A DNA stretch of 64,000 nucleotides from Azolla caroliniana (lineage: Eukaryota > Plantae > Polypodiophyta). The translations under genes were made by a program, and so were the position numbers. Below are positions 14,296-25,033 of the stretch, one piece after another. Position 1 is the first letter of the stretch, and each line of letters starts with the position of its first letter. The stretch is from positions 17,670,001 to 17,734,000 of the forward strand of contig JBHGNT010000014.1 in assembly GCA_043228905.1 (NCBI GenBank), given 5' to 3'. Under the pieces are notes generated by a model. That model was not told the DNA's origin. It saw only the letters and a program-made list of their open reading frames with translations, and did no database searches.

Positions 14296-17200
14296 ATGGA
14301 GTTGGTTATCAATTATGTGGTGATGAGTATGGGCCTCCTCCTTTTGGGGCTTCCTTATACTTGTTTAGCTCTCTACTCCAATGATTTCTCAGTTTCATGG
14401 AGCCCCCAGAACGTGAGATCCATCAATGGGGACCGTGGCTGGCAAATCATGCTCACTAATGACACTGGTTAGTTGGATTCTCCATCTCTCTCTCTCTATT
14501 ACACACACATATATGTATGTATGATTTTTGTATGTATGTATGTATGTATGTATGTATGCTTGTATGTATGTATGTATGCTTGTATGTATGTATGTATGTA
14601 TGTATGTATGTATGTATGTATATATGAGGGTCAAGTGTACAAATTGATGGATAGATTTATGGAAGTATGGTATGTATACATGCATGATATTAATATTTAT
14701 GTGTGTATGGATTTTGGAATACGCCTCATTTAGGGTACAATATCTTCATTTAGAGAAACAAATTTATTATAAAACAAAACTTGTATAATATCCTTACATC
14801 GGCGTGTATCCAAACTCGATGTGTATCTAATGTGTATGTACACATCCAATATGTATGGGGGTGGTATAACCTCCATCATGTTAGAACTAGAAATGATACA
14901 CGAGCCAACAAGACAATCAACAAGGTAGCTCGACAACTTGGTGGTTCCATTAGAGACAAGCTTAAACATGAACATCGAGCAACTTCTTTGGTCACGTCTT
15001 GATGCATTCAAATCATTTCCCATTAACCAAAAGATACTTGATGTTGCATGGTTCTCTTTGAGGCATGCTTGATGAAGATCAAATCATTTGCCCAACATAC
15101 TCATGCACATTGATAATTTCCCATGTTAATAGAAGAATGTATCAATCAGTTGTTTGAAAGTACATGGTATTACACACTTCCATTAGAGCCAAGTGTATAC
15201 CCATGTACCAAAACTTTGAAAGAAAACTCAATGTGCAAATGCCCATTATGTTAGATATATAGATCTCCACTAGGCTGCATCTTGAGACATTGACAATGTA
15301 TCAACAACTTATCACATAATGTGATATTTATGTTCAATGTTAGGAACACTGTGTAGAAGTCATTCCAACCATAGTTTGTTGACGATTATGTGATCATTTT
15401 GGATTGCACCCCAATCATTCCCAATGAACTAGCTTTGTGCATCAAACTCGCATATATGATTGATGTTGAAGTTGCAAAAGAGAATGTGAGTTCATGTTCA
15501 AGTATATGCCATGCTTTTCCATTTACAAGTGCACATTCCAACATATCTCATTCATTGGATGCTTTTTATAATGATAGGATTAGCCTAGATGGTCACTTAT
15601 GTTTTGATCAACCCATGCACAAGGGCTCAAGTCGAACTAATTGCACTAATTTATTTGGGTGGCATTATAGGGCCTATGCATAGCAAGTTGATCTATGTCT
15701 AAGAACCTTACCAATGTCTGTCTTGTCTCAATACCTCTCTCTCATCCACTCACCTTTTGCTTCATTGATCCTATTAAATTGAAATCTAGATTGCATGTCT
15801 TTTGGTTTTTGTGCAAGAACACTTAATGTACAGAAATATCTCATGATATGTTTTACTACTTATGGATGCAAACATTAACATTGTTGTGTGTTTATTATAA
15901 CATCCATGCACACCTTCTTGGGGTTGTTGGATTGTTCAGATTCAACACATTCTTTATCTCTACTTCCATATAATTTATTGTCCACATTATTGATTATCGT
16001 TATATGTTCATGTCCGCTTAGTTGCAACTTCCTCATAACCTTCCTTGCAACTAGTTGACATGTACACTTACACGCGTACAATAATATACTAAAATGATGG
16101 CCATTAATCTACTAGACCAATGATGCAAATAATGAATCTTTTTTCATTCTTCACGATTCTAGCCATCTCACTTTTTTAATTTGGTTGTTAAGAGAGAAAG
16201 TGAAGAGGAATTTGATCTAATTGAATTTCATGTTTCAATGCAGCATCGGGATTTGCATCCAAGAAGAGCTACTTGTTTGGGAACTTCCGAATGAGTATAA
16301 AGCTAATGCCAGGGGACTCAGCAGGCCTAGTTACAGCCTACTATGTATGTTTGCTCGCATATCATTGTTTAATGTAAATATGTTATAGTGTTGCCATGAT
16401 TGAACCCTATATTTATACACATACAAAGGAGGTTCTTCTAGGAAGAATACCCATTTATGATCCATTTAGTTTATTTAGATATATTCCACCTAAGATCTCT
16501 CATGGTTGTTTGAGTTTTTTGACTAGTTACTCATTACTAATTCGTAATCTAATATCACTCTCTTTGTTGACTTTTAGTTCTCCTCGGAGACCACTAATCG
16601 TGATGAGGTGGACTTTGAGTTTCTTGGTAATTTATCTGGTCAACCAGTCATTCTACAAACGAATGTATTTTGGAATGGAACCGGTGGTAGGGAACAAAGG
16701 CATTACCTATGGTTTGATCCTTCTCAAGCTTACCACAATTATTCTATCCTTTGGAATCCACAGCAACTCATGTAAGTTCCTCTCCCTACTCTCACAATTT
16801 CCCTTGTTTAATCCATATTTATAAAATTGATCGAACCCAAGTTTGATCCCTGTCCCCATAGATTACGAATATTCCTTTCGTGTTGCGTAATTACATAAAT
16901 TATGATGTTGTATAAAAGTCACAAAACAACTTCATGTCTAACAAGGAAATTGAAGAGACAAGGGCACACCAAGGAGCAAAATCATCCTTGGTAATACGAT
17001 TGTTATGGGCATGACCATACTTTATCCACGTGTATAGAATACTACGGTACAATCTTATCACGGGATAATTTATGGTCATGCCTGTAACGACGACCAAATA
17101 TGTGTTCCAAATATGTGAGAGATGAACTTAATATTTATTGCGATCATGTTGTCTTAATTGAGTGTCTGTAACATTTTGTTTCTGTAAGTTCTCTTTGAGA

Positions 17201-18892
17201 CAATATCTTAATGATTGTCTTCGGTATGTAGAGTTCCCTCTATTGAAATTCTCGTTTTATTTTGGAGCTTGACGCATTGATATGTTGTATGTTCTTTGGT
17301 TTTTTGGGATTTTTACATACATTGAGGTTTACTTACCACTAGTGACATTAATATTTAGCCAACAATAGAGAACTCTCAAATGATTGACATGAATGTGCAC
17401 TTCGAATGACAATTGACGATTAGCATGTTTTGAATAGTGCTATTATGTGAATACCCTCAAAAATGGGGAAAGTAAAAGAAACTCATGTCACATGCAATTC
17501 CACAAAGGCTCCTTGTTTGGTTTGGCAAAACCCAATCACATGGATACATGTAGCAATGGGCGCGGTTCGGTTTCCTGGCCTTGAAACCAAACCAAACCAA
17601 AGCATTTATTTATATTAAAAAGCTAACCAAACTGTTTAAATTTTATGAAGGCATTTAAACTGAACTGTTTAGAGCCGAACCGTTTATGAAAATTTTAGAA
17701 CCAAACCAAATTTATAAACCGATAAACCTTTAAACCAAACCACATAAGGCGAAACCGCTAAACCATGAAATTCAAAACCAAACCAAACTGAAACCGAAAA
17801 GCCACTAAACTACTAAACCATGAAATTCAAAACCGAACCGAACCGAAACCAAACCAAATCATAATATTTGAAACCAAACCAAACGGTTTATTTATCTTTG
17901 AACCAATAAACCGTTAAGCCATGGCTTAACGGTTCAGTTTGGTTTGAGCCGAAACCGTGCCCATTGCTAGATGCATGATTCTATCAACAACAAAACACCA
18001 CTATTTCAAGAGTAGAGACCATATGTATTTTGGCACTAGGTAAGATTAAAACCTATAGAGACAAGGCTTCTCCATTGTAACACAAAATAAGTAGGAGTCA
18101 TTTGAAAGTATTGCCTCATTTTAGAACAACGGAAGGGAAATTATCCACCAATATAAACCAAATAAATAATTTACATTTTAAGAGAATTTTGTTAAGACAA
18201 CATCTACCAACTCTTTGGTCTTTTTGTGTGACAAAGTTTCCCTTACTTTTCAACCATCGGTTGATTGTTGATGATTAAATGGTTTATGTTATTGGTTAGC
18301 ATTAACCTACGATGACAATAATCTCTTCAATTCTTCGTGTTGAAGTATTTGTAAATCTTAATTCTAAGAACTATCCAAATAAAACTTTCTTTCACTTGCA
18401 CATGCTTGCATACACCCACCCACCCACCCACCCACACCATTTTCATGATAATCCAACAATTTTGACTGTATTATGTTCAATGAATTGACATTTCTCTAAA
18501 ATGTATGCAGCATTTCTGTCGATGACAAACCCATTAGGTTAGTGCGGAATAATGAAGACATTGGTGTACCATTTTTAAACAAGCAACATATGGGTATCTA
18601 CGCAAGCATATGGGATGGAAGCACATGGGCAACTGAAGGTGGTGCTATTCCCATCAATTGGGGAAAATCTCCCTTTGTAGCCTCATTTGGAAGATATCGG
18701 TTTGATACATGCTATGGCCGAGGAGCTAATTGCATAAATAGGAAATGGTGGAACACTCCAACTTACCAAACCCTTAGTGCAAACCAACTTGACCAACTTC
18801 AATGGGCTAACCAATACAAGGTGTATGATTATTGTGAGGATAAAGTAAGATATCCAATTACCCCTATCGAGTGCCTTCGCAACAGTGGCTAA
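14296..18892 (+). CDS. XTH: Xyloglucan endotransglucosylase/hydrolase (GH16 XTH); exons 14296-14467, 16244-16344, 16578-16771, 18511-18892
   Basis: Signal-peptide-like N-terminus, [12 protein letters not shown], catalytic DEVDFEFLG followed by the NLS glycosylation sequon, [31 protein letters not shown]...EC. Internal exons of 101 and 194 nt match the usual XTH structure; all phases are consistent. Confidence 0.95.
14514..14625. repeat. (TATG)n microsatellite in XTH intron 1
   Basis: Interrupted TATG array. Confidence 0.9.
17551..17969. mobile_element. Non-autonomous hAT-type element (MITE family B) in XTH intron 3
   Basis: TIRs TAGCAATGGGCGCGGTT...AACCGTGCCCATTGCTA, 8-bp TSD GATACATG/GATGCATG (1 mismatch), interior packed with AAACC(G/A) motifs. 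Confidence 0.85.
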
Positions 18893-20475
18893 GGTCGTTT
18901 CTTTAATACACAACTCATAACTCATCTCACAAAAAACATGCAATGCAATGCATGTTTATTTCATTGTATGGTTACCAAACCGAAACATACCACTTCATGA
19001 TTCCATATTCTTGATTATGAATTTGGGGTACTCCATATAAATGAGTGACATTGTTCCTTTTAATTCTTTCATTGCCCGAATCAATAAATCTTAGTATTCC
19101 TCTCATTTTGTAAGGAATATCATATCTCACGCGCATCTTTTGTTCAATAAATATTGGATGTCTTAAATCTATTCATAATTCAAATATTTATGGCAAAGAC
19201 TATGAAATTCATGTCAATATGTTTTATAAAAAATTTAAAATTCAAATTTGCTAATGGAAATAATGATATTCAAGGATATATGCTCAAGAACATAATTTCA
19301 CATTAGGTTACTTTAAAGACAAACACATCAAATTTCTTTTTCATTTTGGGTGGAGTTACAAAACACATCAAAAAGTTGAAAGTTGAGGTGGACTTAGACT
19401 TTTATTTTATTTTGTTGAAAGAGTTTGCATTCAAAGAAGCAAAGAGTTTATTTTATTTCCAATTGTAGTTTTTACGAACATCTGTATGAAACAAAGTTTT
19501 GAGCTTACTACAAACATCTAGATTTGGAATAAGATGCTTGTATTAAACAAAATATTGAGCATACTTTAGACATTTAGCTTTGGAACAAGATACTCATATT
19601 AAAACAAAGTTTTGAACTTGTGCCATACATTTTTAGATCCTTGAAAACTATATATTTTCACTCCCATTATTGACGGCTATCTAGAATTTTTGTAATTATT
19701 TTAGCACTCATATAGTTTTAGGTAAAACTTATTTGGAGTAGGTAAATGTTGTCATTACAAGCATTACAACTCCATATAAAGGGCAACCTAAGTTGTGTAA
19801 ACTAAAGTTGTAGTAATTCAATCCATTCTTGTATCGATATCTGCTATGGTAGGAGCACATGATCGCGTATGTCCAATGTGGTTGTGCTTAGACGCTCGAC
19901 AATGTACAACCCTCCTTTCTTCCATTCATGTCTTTTTGGTGATTGTTGTCATAAAAAACTTAGTTTGTTTGCTTAATTATTTGAAAAGTCACAAGACACA
20001 ATGAACATTGATAAGAATCTCTTGTATCAATTACAACTATATGGCATTTACATGCTTATATAACATTCAAAATAGAGATATTATGCAACATACTATTAAG
20101 TTATAAGGATTTTGATCTTCCCAATTTACATTAATGTGATCCTTAATGATTATAATCACTACTTCTATTTAAATATTGATATCGTTGATTTATATCAATG
20201 ACTCTAGGTCAAGGAAGGAATCAACTACAAATGTTTTCTGGAAAAGGAATCAAATTTGTCCACAACAATTCAAACAATTTTGGAAACATTTGTGGGGCAT
20301 AATAATGAGTTGGAAAATTGTTTGCTTTATATGGTGGTTTATTCAAAGAGCTATACCAATTTATGAGTGGAGGAAAGGTGTGAATCATTGTTGTATGCAT
20401 TCTGTGGAGGCTATTAAGCGTTGTTTGTGGAGTTGTGTTTGCAATGGAAATATGGAAAAGAATTTTAAGAATCTT

Positions 20476-20850
20476 TTTTTTTTTTTTTTTTTTCCAAAAA
20501 AAGATACTACATTAGTATTAGAAAACCGCCATAAGGCTAAACATACAAGCTATACCGATCCCCTATATTTTTCTAAAGTCTAACCATTGGCTTGAATAAA
20601 CACTTTGGTGTTGAGTAGAACCACTCCACCTTACCAAAATACCGTCTATAAAATATACCTATGTCCCAAATGGCATGAAACTCCACCCGCCTAAGCTCCG
20701 CTTGATGCGTATTACCTTTTATACCATCCAAAATCCCTCTAAGATTATGTACAATCTCTATCCAAATTCCGGAGATTATTTGAGCAGGTCTTTCAGTCAT
20801 ATTTTGAAATACCTTCAAACATCGATCCTTCAAACATCGCTTCATATTTT
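20476..20850 (-). mobile_element. 5'-truncated L1-like LINE 3' end inserted antisense into another L1
   Basis: 16-bp TSD GAATTTTAAGAATCTT (20460-20475 and 20851-20866), poly(A) tail seen as a T-run at about 20474-20493, ORF 20573..20845 homologous to the 10304 copy. Confidence 0.8.
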
Positions 20851-20931
20851 GAATTTTAAGAATCTTAATAATATTTCCTCAAGCTGTGTATATGTGGGGG
20901 TTTGTATTATGGGCAATCGTACAATGGCAAC

Positions 20932-21483
20932 CGTAGTTTGACACATACATGATATTCATCATGCATGATATTCACAATATTCGATAATAAGAAATGGCCC
21001 GAATAATATTATAAAACCATTCGTTTTTCAAAATAAATTTACACAATAAAAATGATTTAATTCACTCAAAAAAGATATAATATACAAAAAAATTAATTAA
21101 GTCACTAAAAAATTAATTGATTCACTAATGATTATTTAATTAGGGATTTGGTTGAAATTAGGGTTTCAACAAAACATTGAGTTTACAAGTTGAGAATAGG
21201 ATGTAGGCGTTGCACAGAGGATGTAGGGGAGCGAGGATGCAGGCCAAGAAGAGGAAATATGGACGAAATTAGGGATTTAGAGTGAAATTAGGGTTTTCAA
21301 CCAAAACCCTAATTTGTAGGCTAAGAACAAGATGCAAGGGGAGGCTTCTTCACTGTTTGTTGTTTGTTGTACGTTCATTTGTTAGGTAAGTTTTTTTTCT
21401 ACAGAAAACAAATACTTTTACATGTATTCGTATTCATAAGCATTCGTGGGGGAGGCCCAACGAATGCGATGTGTCAATCTATG
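20932..21483 (-). mobile_element. hAT-type MITE family A, copy 2 (inverted relative to copy 1)
   Basis: Ends CGTAGTTTGA...TCAATCTATG, perfect 8-bp TSD ATGGCAAC (20924-20931 and 21484-21491). The interior is a diverged reverse complement of 9345-10074 (e.g. ATTCGTGGGGGAGGCCCAACGAATGCGA). Confidence 0.85.
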
Positions 21484-21533
21484 ATGGCAACCAATGGTGT
21501 ATAAGAAGAAGGATGTCACAAATGGTATTTCTC

Positions 21534-21869
21534 TACGACATGGTCGGTTTCGGTTCAGTTTCAACAGTTAGAAACCGTGGTTTAAACGGTTTAACGATTT
21601 TATTTTTATTTCATTCTTAAAAACAATCTTTTCATTTTCAAGCCCTGTTCTCACATTTTAGGAAAATCTTTATAGTGAAATATTTTAAATTTTAAATTCT
21701 GAATTTCGACCTTAGTTGAAAACCGAAACTACGGTTTTAACGGTTTGAATTTTTTTGAACGGCTCGGTTTAACGGTTTCATGGTTTAGTTCAATTCGGTT
21801 CAAGTTTGATTATTTTTTTAAACGGTTCGGTTTTGACATTCTCAAACCGAACCGAACCATTGCCGATTA
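21534..21869. mobile_element. Degenerate family-B-like hAT MITE (CGGTTT/AAACCG-rich)
   Basis: Imperfect inverted ends (ATGGTCGGTTTCGGTTC...GAACCGAACCATTGCC) and dense AAACCG motifs; no clean TSD. Confidence 0.55.
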
Positions 21870-23962
21870 GTTGATAGATAGAACTCAAAAAAGGGAGGTA
21901 GTTGTTATGTATGTAATGTAATTTTCTTATATAGCCTCAACGTAGTTTCTTAATAGTAATGTAATATCTTTTTATATAAAACGTTACTTAGTAACATTTT
22001 ACACTCCCTAACTTCGTAGGCCAGTACATTTGCATGCTTGTGGGATAAACTCTTTTAGAGTGGACAAACCCTCAAAAAGTTTTTCACAAATTGCATATGG
22101 GTTTAGGCTTAGGTGAGATTTATTAACCAACATATGTTTCCAATGCATATACTTATTTGTGTGTTGTATTTGATCTATATGGCATAGCCCAACTCATTGG
22201 ATTTAGATCTTACTTGGCATTTGTCCAACTTTGATACGAAAATCCGAAACTTGTCCTTTGGTGAATTAAGCTTCATGACCGTTTCGACATTTGTCAAGAA
22301 ATGCCTTCGGCAAGAGATTCTTTAATTATAGTGGTTTGCCTTTTGCCTTATGAATTTGTTCTAATGAGAATTTTTTTGAAATACATATAATATTCTATTA
22401 CATTGGATGTTAGCAGTAATGAACTATTAGCTATCATTTGGAACCTTGGTGGTTGAACGAGTTGACCATTGATTGAATGTCCAATGATAAATTCTTGTTG
22501 GTTGGCCAAAGCCAGCATAGACCGATTGTTCATTGATTCATCCTTATTAGCTAAACGCAAAAACTTCTTGTTCATCCAAGAGCTAAACTGTTCTAGTTAG
22601 TTGTGCATTTAGAGGATTGAAATATATTATAGGACCAATGGTTGATGAATATTCACGATCCAATTCATACACAAGTCAATAAAAGTTAAGTTCACGTAAC
22701 TCTCAACATGCTTCTCCTTTAAGTTTCTCCAAATTTTACCATATGCATGTGTTCTCTCTTAGATGTGGAGAATTATCAATTAAGTACTTATATTATTATG
22801 TTTTGAACAAGTCGTTTGTATACTGCATATAGTTACTTTTGATAGTTTTTTTAAATATTTTACTATGTCTAGACTCATAAAGTACATTTAGGTTTCATGG
22901 TATTCAACCATTTTTCTTTGAGCTATATTTATTGATGCCTATGCTTGGCATGCACTTAACCAAAAGCAATTTCATTGTACTTTAACAAATGACTTTCTTG
23001 AAAGCTTCCCATTTGCATTCTAGTGTTGCACAATTTTGATCTTTTTGGTAACACTTTCTCAACAATCTTGACATATATGGTTGAACTTTTAAGTTTATGT
23101 ACAAAGATGTTTGTCTTATACTATGGTTGAACCTCACATACTCAAGTCTTAAAATACTATATTGAACTCCTAAGATCCGATTATTATGTATATGTTCCAA
23201 GATATCTACGAAAATAATATAGATAATTACACTAGTTTTGTTGTGTTTTATATATGTAAAACCATGGAATAATGAATATGGAATAATTAATCCCAAACTA
23301 TTGTAAATATATAGAACTATTTTTTTCATGTTGTTTTGGATCTTTTTATCGATACAAAAGAAACCCTAGCGTATATCCTCTTGCATGAAAATTGTTATGG
23401 GGCAATTACAAAATTCTGGAATGGGCATGCATGCTACTAAACACAATTACATCTCCCTTGACTTTGGAATTAGAGTTGCCATCATCTAGATTAACAAGTT
23501 AATATCTAGCGCCTATCCAAACCAACATAAAAGTTAGAACAATAATTAAGAATGTAACATCCAACCACAAGAAGTGGATTTATCCTCACCACCTTCGATT
23601 CTAAAAACATAATCTTCTATTCCTATTTAGTTAATAAAAAAGGTAAGCCCTTTTGTATCATGAAGCAAGTGTGATTCATCCCATCTTCCAAACCATTTTT
23701 CCATATCTTGCATCAGAACACAAAAATTTGCTTTTATGTGTCTTTTGGATCTTTTTGCATTCTTCTCGTGCGATTCTAGAAAGTGGGTGCGAGGAACTTA
23801 TTGGAATCTCATGCATATATTTGAGACAACTCTTTTTATGACCATGATCTCAGTGGAAAGTGATCCCATCTCAAGAAGTAGGAGGGTGTATGATGTTTGT
23901 TTCTTCAGTTGGAGAAACTTTGTCTGAAAACGGATTTGGACATTTTTGAACTCTTTCCAAGT

Positions 23963-23964
<2 letters not shown>

Positions 23965-24018
<54 letters not shown>
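23965..24018. repeat. (AG)n microsatellite
   Basis: Pure AG run. Confidence 0.95.
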
Positions 24019-24020
<2 letters not shown>

Positions 24021-24777
24021 CTTGCACCTTCTCTTACACAATCCATAGCCTTAACCATTAGGACTTTGACTTTTATAAATTTATATGTTGATATTATATT
24101 TACATATTTGGCATTCATTTCTACATCTTCTCTTTTTCCCCTTGCTTCCTTGCGCTTCGGCTTTGGTCCTACCACATCACAACAATGGCAAGACAATGAG
24201 TGGGTGTTTGCACAATTCACACAGGTTGACCCAGAATCTGGGATGGAGATCGTTTTCCTACTTTCCGAGATATTGAGAGAATCGTGTCATAATTGGGATA
24301 TGCGCAATGCTTTCTCATTTGATGGTAGGCATGAATGGAGTCAGAGCATATCTACGAAAGTTGAAGGGAGGGCTAATGTGGCAATTTTTCTTCATCCGAG
24401 AAAAACAAAAACTCTTTCCTCGACAAAGTTTTCATTATATATATTTTACCTGTTGGCAATTCAGCATGTTACACTACCCGTGTAGTGGCGACCGGACTCC
24501 ATTGTGGTACCACCCATCTTTACGCAGTGATTTTCACGCACATTCATTATATATAGTTGTGTGTCTCTCGAAAACCCGAAGAGAGAAAAGTTAGGGCCCG
24601 ATGGAGACGAGGAGGTCATGGGTTCAAATCCTACATTCCACGGGGCCATCTAATAAATGAAGAGATATGTATCGAGTAATTAGAGAGGGGTTTTGAACCC
24701 AAGAATTAGCGCTAGTAATTAACAAGTAAGAATTGGGGTTAAGCTAATTACAGATAAACAGAAAGAGAAAGGGGATA

Positions 24778-24932
24778 TTTTGGTAATTATTGGAAAATAA
24801 AGGGAAGGTGAGGGAGAGGGGTATTTTTTTGGTAATTATTGGAAAATTTAGGGGAAGGTGAGGGGTAGTTTTGGTAATTATTGGAAACTCAGGGGGAGGC
24901 TAATTCTGCAGAGCTATATATATAACCCTAAT
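24778..24932 (+). promoter_or_regulatory. PRP6/STA1 core promoter: triplicated module, TATA box, telo-box
   Basis: Three copies of TTTGGTAATTATTGGAAA each followed by a G-rich segment, then TATATATATA (about 24915-24924) directly followed by AACCCTAA and a pyrimidine-rich 5' UTR. Confidence 0.6.
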
Positions 24933-25033
24933 CCATCGCTTTTTCTGTCAGTCCTCTGCCTCTGCTTCTGATCCTTCTGCTTCTTCCTCAGTCTTGATTC
25001 TTCTCCTTCTTCTTCTTCAGATCTCTGCAAAGT

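Larger units (their letters stand above)
20176..21532 (+). mobile_element. Degenerate L1-like LINE fragment (zf-RVT region), interrupted twice
   Basis: FWKHLWG...WKIVCFIWWFIQRAIP...C...E.IKRCLWSC. Removing the two nested inserts restores AMEIWKRILRILIIFPQAVYMWGFVLWAIVQWQPMVYKKKD. Confidence 0.65.

Noticed and set aside
14730-16100. Transposase-like remnants in XTH intron 1 (similar hints at 22200-22640, 47500-48000, 61300-61950, 63700-63960)
   Set aside because: Only faint motif resemblance; not supportable without a profile search.
14296-18892. XTH as a hetero-trans-beta-glucanase (Equisetum HTG-like) enzyme
   Set aside because: The three positions I recall as diagnostic keep ordinary XTH residues here (W in SVSWS, G in ASGF, R in KVRYP), so it looks like a conventional XET.
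24594-24650. Second tRNA gene
   Set aside because: Only a T-arm/B-box-like motif; no D-arm, anticodon arm or proper acceptor stem.
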